Source: Gammaproteobacteria bacterium
GTDB lineage: Bacteria > Pseudomonadota > Gammaproteobacteria > CBDBNL01 > JAAOII01
NCBI GenBank assembly: GCA_965209035.1
Contig: OZ242372.1
Location: forward strand, 864,001-928,000
Direction: 5' to 3'
Length of the DNA: 64,000 bases
This document shows positions 9,121 to 20,746 of the stretch, in pieces. Each line of letters starts with the position of its first letter. Positions within the stretch are counted from its first letter, which is position 1. The notes beneath the pieces were generated by a model. The model had not been told where the DNA came from. It did not search any database and worked only from the letters and a program-made list of their open reading frames with translations. Position numbers and translations under genes: made by a program.

Positions 9121-11058
9121 CAGCCCACAGGATGCCCGCATTTGAGATTGGGTGGCATGCGCGACAAACCGATCATCAATCCCCAGCATCAGAAGATCCG
9201 CGGAGGACCGAATGCCCGCCAAGTAGCCCGCCACAATACTGCCGGCACCGCCATTAATCACATTTTCTTCCACAGTAACCAGCCTGGTATGCCCGACAAG
9301 CAAGCGATCTATTAACTTGGTATCAAGCGGTTTCACCAGACACATATCCGCCAGAGTCCAATCGTATTTCTCCGCCAGTTTGCGCGCTTCGCTCATCGGC
9401 GCGCCAAACACCAGCAGAGCGGGCTTGTGCTTCTTGTCTTTTTTTCCTTCCCGCAAAATTGCGCCGCCGGTCACCGGCCGCTCATCGCGCATCAGCGCGA
9501 CACCTGTGGCGGCACCGCGCGGATACCGCACCGCGACGGGACCCGGCCCGGCCGGCCGCCCCGGCCCCGCCGCCCCGGCATCCCCGGCCGCCGCCTTATA
9601 GCCGCTTGTCAACATTCGGTAGGTCAAATTCTCATCGGAGGGCGTCATAATCGTCATATTGGGGATACACGCAAGATAACTTAAATCATAGGCACCGTTG
9701 TGTGTGGGCCCGTCCTCTCCCACCAGACCCGCCCGGTCAATCGCCAACAACACCGGCAGATTCTGCAAACAGATATCGTGAATCAACTGATCATAGCCGC
9801 GCTGTAAAAAAGTGGAGTAGATCGCCACCACAGGACGCATGCCGCCGCACGCCAAGCCGGCCGCCAGAGTCAGCGCATGCTGTTCGCATATGCCCACATC
9901 ATAGTATCTGTCGGGAAAGGAACGGGCGAACTCAACCAACCCGGAGCCCTCGCACATAGCCGGTGTAATCGCCACTAACCGCGGATCCTTCTCCGCCATA
10001 TCGCAGATCCAGCGGCCAAATACCTGCGAATAGGTCAGCGGTTTGGGGGCGCTCTTTTCACTCTTGGCAGCCTTTGTGTTCACCGGCACAATCTTCGTCA
10101 GCGCATGATAGCCAATAGGATCCTGTTCCGCCGGCGCATACCCCTTCCCCTTCCGGGTTTTGATATGCAGTAACTGCGGCCCCGAAGTTTCTTTAAGGCG
10201 TTCCAACACCTCCGTCAACTCCGGCAAGTTATGCCCGTCCAGTATCCCCGTATAGTTAAACCCCAAAGTTTCAAAAAAAGAACTCGGCGGCAAAAACAGA
10301 TGCTTAATTCCTTCTTCGGTCTGATGCATCAACTCATGGACAAACGGCAACCCCTTAAATCCTTCCTTGAAAAATTGCTTAAGTGTCATATAGGTTTTAC
10401 CGGCAATGAACTTGGAAAAAAATTGAGACAAGGCGCCGACATTGCCGGAAATAGACATCGCATTATCATTGAGGACCACCAACAGATCCGATTTCATCGC
10501 GCCGGCATGATTGAGCGCTTCAAAAGCCATGCCGGCCGTCATAGCACCGTCGCCTATGATCGCCACATGTCTTCGCTGCCGGTTTGAAAGATGAAATGCC
10601 GCTCTTTCCATTCCAAGCGCGGCACTGACAGAAGTGCTGGAATGCCCCGTCCCAAAGGTGTCATACTCGCTCTCCGTCCGACACGGGAAGGGCGCCAAAC
10701 CGTGCCGCTTCCTGATGCTCTCCATTTGCCCCCGCCGCCCGCAAAGAATCTTATGGGGATAGGTCTGATGGCCGACATCCCAAACCAGTTTATCCTCCGG
10801 CGTATCAAACACATAGTGCAATGCCACGGTCAATTCCACCACCCCGAGACCCGCGCCAAAATGGCCGCCGGTCTGCCCGACCGTCCAAAGCAAAAACAGA
10901 CGCAGTTCTTCGGCCAGGGTAACCAAACTTGTCCGGGGTAACCGGCGCAGATCCGCCGGCTTCGCGATGGCATCCAACAAAGGAGTGACCGGTCTTTCTG
11001 TCGGAATGAAAGTTGACACGGCGCGGGTTACGAAAGGTGCGGCCTGCGTCCGTGCCAT
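9067..11058 (-). CDS. dxs: 1-deoxy-D-xylulose-5-phosphate synthase (real start possibly GTG at 11019)
   Basis: GGHFGAGLGVVELT, WDVGHQ, GDGAMTAGMAFEALN, YSTFLQRGYDQ and GEDGPTH motifs. Confidence 0.97.
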   Translation of the reverse strand: MARTQAAPFVTRAVSTFIPTERPVTPLLDAIAKPADLRRLPRTSLVTLAEELRLFLLWTVGQTGGHFGAGLGVVELTVALHYVFDTPEDKLVWDVGHQTYPHKILCGRRGQMESIRKRHGLAPFPCRTESEYDTFGTGHSSTSVSAALGMERAAFHLSNRQRRHVAIIGDGAMTAGMAFEALNHAGAMKSDLLVVLNDNAMSISGNVGALSQFFSKFIAGKTYMTLKQFFKEGFKGLPFVHELMHQTEEGIKHLFLPPSSFFETLGFNYTGILDGHNLPELTEVLERLKETSGPQLLHIKTRKGKGYAPAEQDPIGYHALTKIVPVNTKAAKSEKSAPKPLTYSQVFGRWICDMAEKDPRLVAITPAMCEGSGLVEFARSFPDRYYDVGICEQHALTLAAGLACGGMRPVVAIYSTFLQRGYDQLIHDICLQNLPVLLAIDRAGLVGEDGPTHNGAYDLSYLACIPNMTIMTPSDENLTYRMLTSGYKAAAGDAGAAGPGRPAGPGPVAVRYPRGAATGVALMRDERPVTGGAILREGKKDKKHKPALLVFGAPMSEARKLAEKYDWTLADMCLVKPLDTKLIDRLLVGHTRLVTVEENVINGGAGSIVAGYLAGIRSSADLLMLGIDDRFVAHATQSQMRASCGLDAAGLEKRIRKHWQDLA

Positions 11059-12990
11059 CTATGGGTCGCGCCAACTAACACGCCCGCGTTGCAAATCATA
11101 AGGACTGACTTCCACTTGCACACTGTCGCCGATAAGATGGCATCCAACAAAGGAGTGACCGGTCTTTCTGTCGGAATGAAAGTTGACACTGCGCGGGTTA
11201 CGAAAGGTGCGGCCTGCGTCCGTGCCATCTATGGGTCGCGCCAAGTAACACGACCGCGTTGCAAATCATAAGGACTGATCTCCGCTTGTGCACTGTCGCC
11301 GATAAGAATGCGAATGTCCTTCTTACGCATCTGCCGGGCAAGATGGAGATGGCAATAATCTCTCGTCCGTTCTCCAACCGAATGCGGAACATCGCTTTTA
11401 TTTTTACTGTTATAGAGGAGTTTATTAACAACCTTGCTCGTAACAAAAACAGACGCAGTTCTTTGGCCGGGGTAACCCAACTTGTCCGGGGTGGCCAAGG
11501 CAGTCGACGCAGATCCGCCGGCTTCGCGATGGCATCCGGCAAAGGAGTGACCGGTCTTTCTGCCGGAATGAAAGTTGACACGGCGCGGGTTACAAAAGAT
11601 GCAGCATGCGTCCGTGCCATCTATGGGTCGCGCCAAGTAATAGGGCCGCGTTGCAAATCATAAGGACTGACTTCCACTTGCACACTGTCGCCGATAAGAA
11701 TGCGAATGTCCTTCTTACGCATCTGCCGGGCAAGATGGAGATGGCAATAATCTCTCGCCCGTTCTCCAACCGAATACGAAACATCGCTTTTACTTTTACT
11801 GTTGTAGAGGAGTTTATTAACAACCTTGCCCGTAACAAAAACAGACGCAGTTCTTTGGCCGGGGTAACCCAACTTGTCCGGGGTGGCCAAGGTAGCCGAC
11901 GCAGATCCGCCGGTTTCTCTATGGCATCCGACAAAGGAGTGACCGGTCTTTCTGCCGGAATGAAAGTTGACACGGCGCGGGTTACGAAAGGTGCGGCGTT
12001 CGCCCGCACTTTCTACGGGTCGCGCCAAGTAACACGCCCGCGTTGCAAATCATAAGGACTGATCTCCGCTTGCACACTGCCTCCGATAAGAATGCGAATG
12101 TCCTTCTTACGCATCTGCCGGGCAAGATGGAGATGGCAATAATCTCTCGTCCGTTCTCCAACCGAATGCGAAACATCGCTTTTACTTTTACTGTTATAGA
12201 GGAGTTTATTAACAACCTTGCCCGTAACAAAAACAGACGCAGTTCTTCAGCCAGGGTAACCCAACTTGTCCGGGGTGGCCAAGGTAGCCGACGCAGATCC
12301 GCCGGTTTCGCGATGGCATCCAACAAAGGAGTGACCGGTCTTTCTGCCGGAATGAAAGTTGACACGGCGCGGGTTACGAAAGGTGCGGCGTTCGCCCGCA
12401 CTTTCTATGGGTCGCGCCAAGTAACACGCCCGCGTTGCAAATCATAAGGACTGATCTCCGCTTGCACACTGTCGCCGATAAGAATGCGAATGTCCTTCTT
12501 ACGCATCTGCCGGGCAAGATGGAGATGGCAATAATCTCTCGCCCGTTCTCCAACCGAATGCGAAACATCGCTTTTACTTTTACTGTTATAGAGGAGTTTA
12601 TTAACAACCTTGCCCGTAACAAAAACAGACGCAGTTCTTCAGCCAGGGTAACCCAACTTGTCCGGGGTGGCCAAGGTAGCCGACGCAGATCCGCCGGTTT
12701 CGCGATGGCATCCAACAAAGGAGTGACCGGTCTTTCTGTCGGAATGAAATTTGACACTGTGCGGGTTACAAAAGGTGCGGCGTTCGTCCGCGGCGTTTAT
12801 TTGTCGCGATAAGTAATACGACCGCGTTGCAAATCATAAGGACTGACTTCCACTTGCACACTGTCGCCGATAAGAATGCGAATGTAGTTCTTACGCATCT
12901 TACCGGACAAGGTGGCAATGACCTCTCGCCCGTTCTCCAACCGAATGCGGAACATCGCATTGGGGAGTTTATTAACAACTTTGCCCGTAA
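10890..12990 (-). repeat. Tandem array of infA body/3' end + dxs 5' end: four 392-bp units and one 170-bp unit
   Basis: infA-end motif gtcgcg...cgcgttgcaaatcataaggactga recurs at ~11061, 11231, 11623, 12015, 12407 and 12799 (the real gene). Confidence 0.95.
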
Positions 12991-13021
12991 CTTGAATCAT
13001 TTCTTCTTTTTTTGGCATCAA
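12797..13021 (-). CDS. infA: Translation initiation factor IF-1
   Basis: [13 protein letters not shown]...[34 protein letters not shown]. Confidence 0.97.
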   Translation of the reverse strand: MMPKKEEMIQVTGKVVNKLPNAMFRIRLENGREVIATLSGKMRKNYIRILIGDSVQVEVSPYDLQRGRITYRDK

Positions 13022-13031
13022 ACTATACGCA

Positions 13032-16000
13032 CTAAGCGGCGCGCACCTGTAAATTTTGCGTTAAATTATCTATACCCGCCGCCTTTGGTTTTACCAGCCA
13101 AAAGCGATTGATCCGATCATCAAAATTCAACAGAATCTCTTTACCGCACAGACTTCCGGTAGCCCGCACAAATGCATCCAACAGCCCCCGCAAATGATTG
13201 CGATACACTTCGGTTTCTTCATTCACAATTCTGTCTATCTCTATCAACTCGTCATTATACCGATCAATAAAACTTCTTTGCGGATCCCAAACATAGGCAA
13301 ACCCGCCGGTCATGCCCGCGCCAAAGTTCTTGCCGGTCTGCCCCAACACCGCCACAACGCCGCCCGTCATATACTCGCAGCAGTGGTCTCCCGCGCCTTC
13401 AATCACGGCGACCGCACCGGAATTGCGAACGGCAAAGCGTTGCCCCACAGTCCCGGCAATCATCACTTCGCCGCCGGTTGCCCCGTAAAGACAGGTATTC
13501 CCCGCCAGAGGAAGCGAGCGGGTATTCGGCGGCGGCGGCTTGATCACCACCCGGCCGCCGGCCATCCCCTTGCCGACATAATCGTTGGCAAACCCGCTAA
13601 GAGAAAGATTGAGGCCGCTGATATTCCAAGCGGCAAAACTTTGACCGGCGGTGCCGTCAAACTCCAAGCGAATCGGCGACTGCCCGATACCGGCGGGGCC
13701 GAACTTGCGCGCAATGTAACCGGAAAGCGCACCGCCGATGGTTCTGTCTCTGTTGGTAATGGCGTAATGCAGTTCCGCCGATTTTCCCGCAGCAATGGTC
13801 GGCCGCACTTCTTTGTCTATGCGCTCCGCCAGATCACCGCTGCGAAAAACCTTATTCCGCTTAACCCGGCAATAACGCGCCAAGCCGGTCCCCGGCTCCG
13901 CCAAAATAGGCGAAAGATCCAACTTTTGCATCTTCGCGCTTTGGGAAATTTTGTGTTCGGCAACTCGCAGCAAACTCTTGTGCCCGATCACCTCTTGCAT
14001 GGAACGATAGCCCAGTCCGGCAAGAACACTCCGCACCTCTTCGGCAACAAAATTGAAATAGTTCACAACCATATCCGCTTCGCCGACAAAGTGTTCGCGC
14101 CGCAGCCGGCTGTCCTGGGTCGCAACCCCCGTCGGACAGTTGTTTAAATGACACAAACGCAAGTACTTGCAACCCATCGCCACCATCGGCGCCGTGCCGA
14201 AACCAAAAGACTCGGCACCCAGGATCGCGGCTTTGATCACATCCGTGCCGCTCTTCAAACCGCCGTCCGTTTGTACCCGAACGCGCGAGCGCAACCCGTT
14301 TAATTGCAACGCCTGTTGTGTTTCGGTAAGACCGAGTTCCCAGGGAGTTCCCGCATAGCGAATAGAACCGAGCGGACTGGCGGCCGTGCCGCCGTCATAG
14401 CCGGAAATGGTAATTAAGTCCGCCCCGCTTTTGGCAACCCCCGCGGCGATCACCCCCACGCCAAAAGACGAGACCAGTTTAACAGAGACCAACGCCTTGT
14501 GATTCACCTCCTTGAGGTCATAAATTAACTGCGCCAGATCCTCAATAGAGTAAATATCGTGATGCGGCGGCGGTGAAATCAGCGTAACACCCTGCGCGGA
14601 ATGGCGCAAACGGGCAATCAACCGGTTCACCTTGCTGCCGGGCAACTGCCCGCCCTCGCCCGGCTTGGCTCCCTGGGCAACTTTGATTTGCAATACTTCG
14701 GCATTCACCAAATAGTGCGGCGTCACGCCGAATCGGCCGGAAGCGATTTGCTTAATCTTGGAATTCTTGGTTGTGCCAAAGCGCGCCGCATCCTCCCCGC
14801 CCTCGCCGGAATTGGACCTGCCGCCCAAACGGCTCATCGCCTCGGCAAGCGTCTCGTGCGCCTCGGGGGACAATGCCCCCAGGCTCATCGCCGCCGTATC
14901 AAACCGACGCAGAATATTCTCCCGCGGCTCAACCTCATCCAACGGCACGGGTTTTTGGTCCGAATGAAACTCCAACAGATCCCGCAAGTATGCGGGCGGT
15001 CGCTCGTTGATCAATCGCATATGCCGGGCATAATTCTTGGCGGCTGTTGCGGCCTCGTCGCGCACCAAAAGACGCAGGTTCTCCGTCAGTTCCGGATGAA
15101 ACGCATGATATTCGCCGCCGTGTACATACTTAATATGTCCGCCCGGTAAAACGGGCTTGTGCCGCACCCATGCCCGGCGCGCCCGTTTTCTGATATCCTC
15201 TTCAAAATCGGCAAAGCCGGCACCGCCAATCCGACTCGGAATACCGGGGAAACACAGATCCGGCACTTCCCGATGTAGCCCGATTGCTTCAAACAACTGA
15301 GCGCCGCGATAAGAAGAAAGCGTGGAAATTCCCATCTTGGAAAGGATCTTCAAAAGCCCCTTGTCTATGCCGCGCCGATAATTCTTATGGACGGACTGCG
15401 GGGAAGCAAATACCAAATTGCGCGCCACGCTGTCCTCCAACAAGGCATAAGCAAAATACGGATAAACCGCCGTAGCACCCACCCCAAACAAAACGGCAAA
15501 ATGGTGCGGTTCGCGTGCCATGGCCGTCTCCGCAATAATACTCGTATCGCAGCGCAGATGTTTTTTAACCAGATGTGTATGGACCGCGCCCGCCGCCATC
15601 GGCATCGGCACGGGAAACCGATTCACATCCGTCTTCCTGTCGGACAAAATTAAAATACTCGCCCCTTCCGCACGCACCGCGCGCTCCGCCGCGCGACAGA
15701 TTTCCGCGATCCCCGCCGCCAGAGAAGAACCCGCATCAAAAAGAGCCGGGATTTCAGCGACCCGCATACCGGCATCGTTCTTGCATAAAGCGGAAAATTT
15801 GTAAGGAGACAATAACGGCGAGGTCAGGACAATCCGCTCGGCACTCTCTTCGTTGTCTTCAAAGATGCTGACTTCTTTGCCGATCACCGTCTCCAAAGAC
15901 ATCACCAAACTTTCGCGAATGGGATCAATTGCCGGATTGGTCACCTGGGCAAAACTCTGTCGCAAGTAATCGGTTACAGAGCGCGGCCGCTGCGAAAGCA

Positions 16001-17501
16001 CCGCCATAGGCGTATCGTCTCCCATCGCGGCAACCGCCTCCTGCGCCCCTTCGCCCAAAGGACGCAACACATACTCGCGTTCTTCCTCGTAAAAATTAAA
16101 CAGTTTACAAAACATCTTTAGTCTTTCCGGCGGCATGTCCTCAAAAACATACTCCGGGCTGTCCAGGGTGGATTCCAACCGATGCGCGTTATCGCGCATC
16201 CATTCTTTATAAGGGCGACGGCGACTCAGATACGCATCTATTTCCTCGGTGCGCATCATCTTTCCTTTGTGCGTATCCGCCACAATCAATCCGCCCGGCT
16301 CCACCCGCCCTTTGTCCCGGATTTTGTCCGCGGCCACCTCCGCAACGCCCGTCTCCGAGGCAACCGTAAGAACCCCGTCGGTTCCCAGAATCCAGCGTGC
16401 CGGACGCAAGCCGTTGCGATCCAAGGCACAGACCACATATCTGCCGTCCGTCATCACCACGCCGGCGGGACCGTCCCAGGGTTCCATTTTGAGCGAATTG
16501 TACTCGTGAAAGGCGCGCACCTGCTGTTCCAAGGCATCGTCATTCTGCCAAGCCGGCGGTATGAGCATACGAATCGCGCGCAGCAACGGCATTCCGCCCA
16601 CCAGCAGCAACTCCAACATATTGTCCAGAGTCATAGAATCCGAGCCTTCCATATTGACCGGCTCCATATCGTCCGTCAAAAAACTCAGATGCTTGTTCTT
16701 AAATTTGGATATGCGCGCCCGCACCCAGTTCCGATTGCCGACAATGGTATTCACCTCGCCGTTATGCGCGATGTACTGATAAGGATGCGCCAGCCGCCAC
16801 TTGGGTGCCGTATTGGTTGCAAATCGCTGATGAAAGACCACAATCGCCGTTTTCATCAGCGGGTCCGAAATATCCGGGTAAAAATCGGTGAAGTCCGCGG
16901 AAAGCATAATACCCTTATAGGACAATACCTCGGACGACAAACTGCAAATATAAAAATTGTCGTCCCCCTTGTATTCCCGGCACATCTTCTGCTTGACACG
17001 ATAAAGAGAAGTCATCGTCCGCCTTTGTGTTTTGCCGGAAATGTTAATGAACGCCTGCCAGAAAGAAGGAGCCGTATCCCTTGCCATCTTCCCCAAGCAG
17101 GCCGGATTGGTCGGCACCTCGCGCCAACCCGCCAGTTGCAAGGCGGGCTCGGCTGCCAACAACTCGGCAAACTTTTCTCGCTGCTTAAGAGACGCCACCG
17201 GCTCCGGTGCCATGAAAAAACAACCCACCGCATAATGCTCACCCAACGCAATGTCCCGTTCCCGACACTTTTGAGCGACAAACTCCTCGGGCATCTTAAT
17301 GAGAATACCGCAGCCGTCGCCGGTCTTGCCGTCCGCATTCACGCCGGTGCGGTGTGACATTCGGTGAAGGGATCGCAGAGCCTGTTGCAACAGGTCATGG
17401 CTGGCATTCCCGTCCAATTGGGCAGTCAAACCGAAACCGCAGTTATCGCGAAAATCACCGGGACCGGCAAGTCCGCGGAATTCGTTAAATTGATGATGCA
17501 T
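13032..17501 (-). CDS. gltB: Glutamate synthase large subunit
   Basis: DNCGFG N-terminal nucleophile, [46 protein letters not shown] and [11 protein letters not shown]. Confidence 0.97.
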   Translation of the reverse strand: MHHQFNEFRGLAGPGDFRDNCGFGLTAQLDGNASHDLLQQALRSLHRMSHRTGVNADGKTGDGCGILIKMPEEFVAQKCRERDIALGEHYAVGCFFMAPEPVASLKQREKFAELLAAEPALQLAGWREVPTNPACLGKMARDTAPSFWQAFINISGKTQRRTMTSLYRVKQKMCREYKGDDNFYICSLSSEVLSYKGIMLSADFTDFYPDISDPLMKTAIVVFHQRFATNTAPKWRLAHPYQYIAHNGEVNTIVGNRNWVRARISKFKNKHLSFLTDDMEPVNMEGSDSMTLDNMLELLLVGGMPLLRAIRMLIPPAWQNDDALEQQVRAFHEYNSLKMEPWDGPAGVVMTDGRYVVCALDRNGLRPARWILGTDGVLTVASETGVAEVAADKIRDKGRVEPGGLIVADTHKGKMMRTEEIDAYLSRRRPYKEWMRDNAHRLESTLDSPEYVFEDMPPERLKMFCKLFNFYEEEREYVLRPLGEGAQEAVAAMGDDTPMAVLSQRPRSVTDYLRQSFAQVTNPAIDPIRESLVMSLETVIGKEVSIFEDNEESAERIVLTSPLLSPYKFSALCKNDAGMRVAEIPALFDAGSSLAAGIAEICRAAERAVRAEGASILILSDRKTDVNRFPVPMPMAAGAVHTHLVKKHLRCDTSIIAETAMAREPHHFAVLFGVGATAVYPYFAYALLEDSVARNLVFASPQSVHKNYRRGIDKGLLKILSKMGISTLSSYRGAQLFEAIGLHREVPDLCFPGIPSRIGGAGFADFEEDIRKRARRAWVRHKPVLPGGHIKYVHGGEYHAFHPELTENLRLLVRDEAATAAKNYARHMRLINERPPAYLRDLLEFHSDQKPVPLDEVEPRENILRRFDTAAMSLGALSPEAHETLAEAMSRLGGRSNSGEGGEDAARFGTTKNSKIKQIASGRFGVTPHYLVNAEVLQIKVAQGAKPGEGGQLPGSKVNRLIARLRHSAQGVTLISPPPHHDIYSIEDLAQLIYDLKEVNHKALVSVKLVSSFGVGVIAAGVAKSGADLITISGYDGGTAASPLGSIRYAGTPWELGLTETQQALQLNGLRSRVRVQTDGGLKSGTDVIKAAILGAESFGFGTAPMVAMGCKYLRLCHLNNCPTGVATQDSRLRREHFVGEADMVVNYFNFVAEEVRSVLAGLGYRSMQEVIGHKSLLRVAEHKISQSAKMQKLDLSPILAEPGTGLARYCRVKRNKVFRSGDLAERIDKEVRPTIAAGKSAELHYAITNRDRTIGGALSGYIARKFGPAGIGQSPIRLEFDGTAGQSFAAWNISGLNLSLSGFANDYVGKGMAGGRVVIKPPPPNTRSLPLAGNTCLYGATGGEVMIAGTVGQRFAVRNSGAVAVIEGAGDHCCEYMTGGVVAVLGQTGKNFGAGMTGGFAYVWDPQRSFIDRYNDELIEIDRIVNEETEVYRNHLRGLLDAFVRATGSLCGKEILLNFDDRINRFWLVKPKAAGIDNLTQNLQVRAA

Positions 17502-17542
17502 TTGTTTTATTTTAACAGATTATGCCTTGGTTTTTCCTTTTG

Positions 17543-17924
17543 GAGGCAAGCAACCTTTAAAGGAGAGGGAAAGGCGAGGTAAAGAAACTTCCAAAGGAGG
17601 GGGAAGAAGCAAAAAAAGAAACTTCCAAAGGCGAGGAAACGACTCAAAACTTCCGCCCCGCCCCAATACGAACGAACAAACAGCGGCTTTTAACTAACCC
17701 AAGATGTTGTGCCCTTCTTTCTTAAGAGGCAAGCAACTTTTAAAGGAACTTCCAAAGAAGGGGGAAGGGTAGAGAAAGGGGCTTCCAAAGGAGGGGAAGA
17801 AGCAAAAAAAGAAACTTCCAAAGGAGGAGAAACGACTCAATTCAAAACTTCCGCCCCGCCCCAATACGAACGAACAAACAGCGGCTTTTAACTAACCCAA
17901 GATGTTGTGCCCTTCTTGCTTAAA
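17543..17924. repeat. ~198-bp tandem duplication upstream of gltB with internal (a)cttccaaag motifs
   Basis: aaaacttccgccccgccccaatacgaacgaacaaacagcggcttttaactaacccaagatgttgtgcccttctt occurs twice. Confidence 0.9.
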
Positions 17925-18083
17925 CCGACTAAACTCTTTTAAGTCGCTTTTTTGGATCCTTAACTTAAAACTGGCGTTGGAGCCTTGCGTCTCTTTCCAA
18001 TACGCCAAGCCCGCTCTGCCCAATGCCTGTCTGACTGAGTGCATTCCAATATGCCGGCAATGGTTGGTTGCCCGAGAACTGAA
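17892..18083 (-). pseudogene. Orphan 3' fragment of the methyltransferase at 23650-24603
   Basis: FSSRATNHCRHIGMHSVRQALGRAG... matches FSSRATNHCRHIRMHSVRQALGKAG; a 1-nt indel gives an alternative tail ending KQEGHNILG*. Confidence 0.8.
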
Positions 18084-18189
18084 AATGAAGATGGTGCATC
18101 CTGTCTTGTCCTATCCTATATCAGCGATTGATTTTTTTAATGAATAAAGCGATTCCATACTGTTAATGATAAGACCGATTTCCAATGCG

Positions 18190-18652
18190 GTGTGTCGTTT
18201 CTCCCAATGCCGAGCTCTTGTTTTTTGTTGGTCTCGTTTCGCTCGATGCACGGATCTTGTTTTTTTGTTTGTCCGGTCTCACTCGATGCACGGCTCTTGT
18301 TTTTTTGTTGGTCTCATTTCGCTCGATGCACGGATCTTGTTTTCTTGTTTGTGTCGTTTCTCACGATGCCGGGCTCTTGTTTTTTATTGGTCTCATTTCG
18401 CTCGATGCACGGTTCTTGTTTGTCCGGTCTCGCTCGATGCACGGATCTTGTTTTTTTGTTTGTCCGGTCTCGCTCGATGCACGGATCTTGTTTTCTTGTT
18501 TGTCCGATCTCACTCGATGCACGGATCTTGTTTGTCCAGTCTCACTCGATGCACGGTTCTTGTTTGTCCGGTCTCACTCGATGCACGGTTCTTGTTTTTT
18601 GTTTGTGTCGTTTCTCCCGATTCCGGACTCTTGTTTCTTGTTTGTCTCATCT
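18190..18652. repeat. Minisatellite, 12 units of 32 or 39-40 bp
   Basis: Core (ctcg)atgcacgg(a/t/c)tcttgttt at 18207, 18246, 18286, 18326, 18366, 18405, 18437, 18477, 18517, 18549, 18581 and 18620. Confidence 0.9.
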
Positions 18653-18712
18653 CGGCCGCCAGTGTTAGCGGCAATCTAATCCGGCCGCCCGGCTTCCTCT
18701 CTACTCGCCCTG

Positions 18713-20740
18713 CTACCTGCCTTGTGCCGAGAGGCCGCCCGGCACGCAATTCAGAGCCGGGTATTGGGAACTCGTTCCTAGATCCCACCGGCGAACGAAG
18801 CCGGGAGGCTGGGAAGGATTTTCTATTTCTTCGCCCGTATTCGGATCACACCAGAAGTTATCCCAGTCGGCATAGATATTGGCCAAACCATCCGCGCCGA
18901 CGGTAGTAAAATCGGTTGGCGATTGTAATTCCAGCGTGGTCTTACCCTCACCCAAATTACGGGCACTCGCAGACTGCCCGGTGGTTTCATTATCCCAATA
19001 GGAAGCAGTGACAGTGGTGGTACTATTGGCAACACCCAGCAAGCCGCCAACTTGAAGAACGCCACCTGAAATTTGCCCGCCGGCGGCATAAGAATAGCGG
19101 ATTTGACTGCCCGGCCCATTTCCTACCAGGCCGCCAACGCGAGCTCCCGCTAAGGAAGTGATACTTCCGCCGGACACATAAGCATTGCGAATATTGGACT
19201 GCTGACCATTCCCAGCCAGTCCGCCAAGAATTGACCCGCCGACAATACTTCCGCCGGACACACCGGCATTACTAATATTGGACTGCTGACCGTTCCCAAC
19301 CAGCCCACCAAGGGGATGGGGGACACCTACTCTCGGCACTAAACCATTTATGTCGGTTACACTGACAGAGCGCATATTAGACTGTTGAGCATTCCCAACC
19401 AGGCCGCCTAATAATGATAGGGTGGTCCCGGCGTTGTGGGGCAGGAGTCGCAGACTGACAGCCGTAACCGACAGATTCTCATAGCGGGCATTGTTGCCAT
19501 AGCCGACCATACCACCCCCATAGCCGAATATGCCACTGATGTTCACATTCAAGAGATGCAGATTTTGAAGATTGCCACTGAATGCACCAAACAAGCCCAC
19601 TCCGTCCGCCTTATCATTCACCGAGACAAACAGATCGGCAAGAGTGTGATTCCGACCATCAAAGATTGTCGTATAAGCGGTGCAATCATCCGTGCCAACA
19701 CAGGAGCCGATCGGTGTCCAACCGCCGCCAGTGCGATCCGTCCAAATAGCCCGGTTGCCGCTGCCCTCGCCATAAGAATCCGCATCGCTAAAATTCAACG
19801 CGCGAGTCAATTCGTAACCATTGCAGCCGCCGTTATCGGGACAGCCGGTATTTCCCATAGCGGTAATCCCGGCAATCGGCCGATCAGCCGTCCCATTGCC
19901 ATCCAGATCGACGCGCAGCCGCGCCAAGTCATCCAAAGTGTGAATTTCTATGAGACCGTTATCATCGTCATCCACATCCGCCGCCGTCGTCGCGTTTGCC
20001 TCATCCGGAAAACCATCATCGTCATCATCCAAGTCACAGGCATCGCCGCCATCGTTCGCTCCATCCGTGTTCGTCTGGCTTGGGTTGTGCACGAGTTGGC
20101 AGTTATCCAACGGCTGACCGTCGGGGCCGACATCGTTCACACCATCATTGTCATCGTCCAAATCCTCATCGCTATCCCGACAGCCGTCATTGTCATTATC
20201 CGTGTCTGTGTCGGAAGTCCAGCCCGTGTCGCCGCGCGCACAAGCATCCGCCAGATCCTCCAGGCCGTCATTGTCATCGTCCAGATCCTCGGGGCTGTCA
20301 TCGCGGCAACCGTCGCCGTCATGGTCCGTAGACGCATCGGAAGTCCAACTCGTATCGCCGCGCGCACAAGCATCCAATTGCGTGATCCCGTCGGCGGCAA
20401 AATCATTCACGCCATCATTGTCATCGTCATCATCACAGGCATCGCCGCCGTCGGTTGCATTCATATCCGTATTATTTTGATCCGCATTCGCTAACCGCGG
20501 ACAGTTATCCGCCGCATCCGCAATGCCGTCCCCATCCGTGTCTGCTTGACTACCGCCGCCGTCACCACCACTGCCACCATCGCCACCATTGCTACAACCG
20601 GCGAGCAGCACCGCCGACAGGGTGATTGTCAATAAGAGTCTTAATAACATTAATAACTTTGCGCCGCTGCGCGCCGTTTGTCCGGACGCGACGGTGAAGT
20701 TGCTACTGAGAGCGTGTCCTTTAAATGTGTGCATAATCAT
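18713..20740 (-). CDS. Surface lipoprotein/adhesin with thrombospondin type 3 repeats and GLUG-type region
   Basis: LAGC lipobox; DTDGDGIADAADNCP...GDACD TSP3 motifs; GGLVG repeats; C-terminus paralogous to 1374-3611. Confidence 0.8.
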   Translation of the reverse strand: MIMHTFKGHALSSNFTVASGQTARSGAKLLMLLRLLLTITLSAVLLAGCSNGGDGGSGGDGGGSQADTDGDGIADAADNCPRLANADQNNTDMNATDGGDACDDDDDNDGVNDFAADGITQLDACARGDTSWTSDASTDHDGDGCRDDSPEDLDDDNDGLEDLADACARGDTGWTSDTDTDNDNDGCRDSDEDLDDDNDGVNDVGPDGQPLDNCQLVHNPSQTNTDGANDGGDACDLDDDDDGFPDEANATTAADVDDDDNGLIEIHTLDDLARLRVDLDGNGTADRPIAGITAMGNTGCPDNGGCNGYELTRALNFSDADSYGEGSGNRAIWTDRTGGGWTPIGSCVGTDDCTAYTTIFDGRNHTLADLFVSVNDKADGVGLFGAFSGNLQNLHLLNVNISGIFGYGGGMVGYGNNARYENLSVTAVSLRLLPHNAGTTLSLLGGLVGNAQQSNMRSVSVTDINGLVPRVGVPHPLGGLVGNGQQSNISNAGVSGGSIVGGSILGGLAGNGQQSNIRNAYVSGGSITSLAGARVGGLVGNGPGSQIRYSYAAGGQISGGVLQVGGLLGVANSTTTVTASYWDNETTGQSASARNLGEGKTTLELQSPTDFTTVGADGLANIYADWDNFWCDPNTGEEIENPSQPPGFVRRWDLGTSSQYPALNCVPGGLSAQGR

Positions 20741-20746
20741 TATTTG

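Noticed and set aside
11028-12812. 127-149 aa ORFs on both strands in the infA/dxs array
   Set aside because: They are chimeric, frame-switching products of the repeat unit with no evidence of coding selection
7948-12990. Pure assembly artefact as the explanation for the arrays
   Set aside because: Copies carry shared derived indels absent from the parent genes and show ordered variants, which is unlike read error; raw reads are still needed for proof
18190-18652. CRISPR array
   Set aside because: There are no unique spacers, the linkers recur, and no cas genes are in the window
18166-18906. Three overlapping + strand ORFs rich in C/L/F/V
   Set aside because: They are translations of an A-poor minisatellite that lacks stop codons
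1374-20740. Diversity-generating retroelement acting on adhesins or gene-end copies
   Set aside because: No reverse transcriptase is present, and differences between copies include indels and are not obviously adenine-specific
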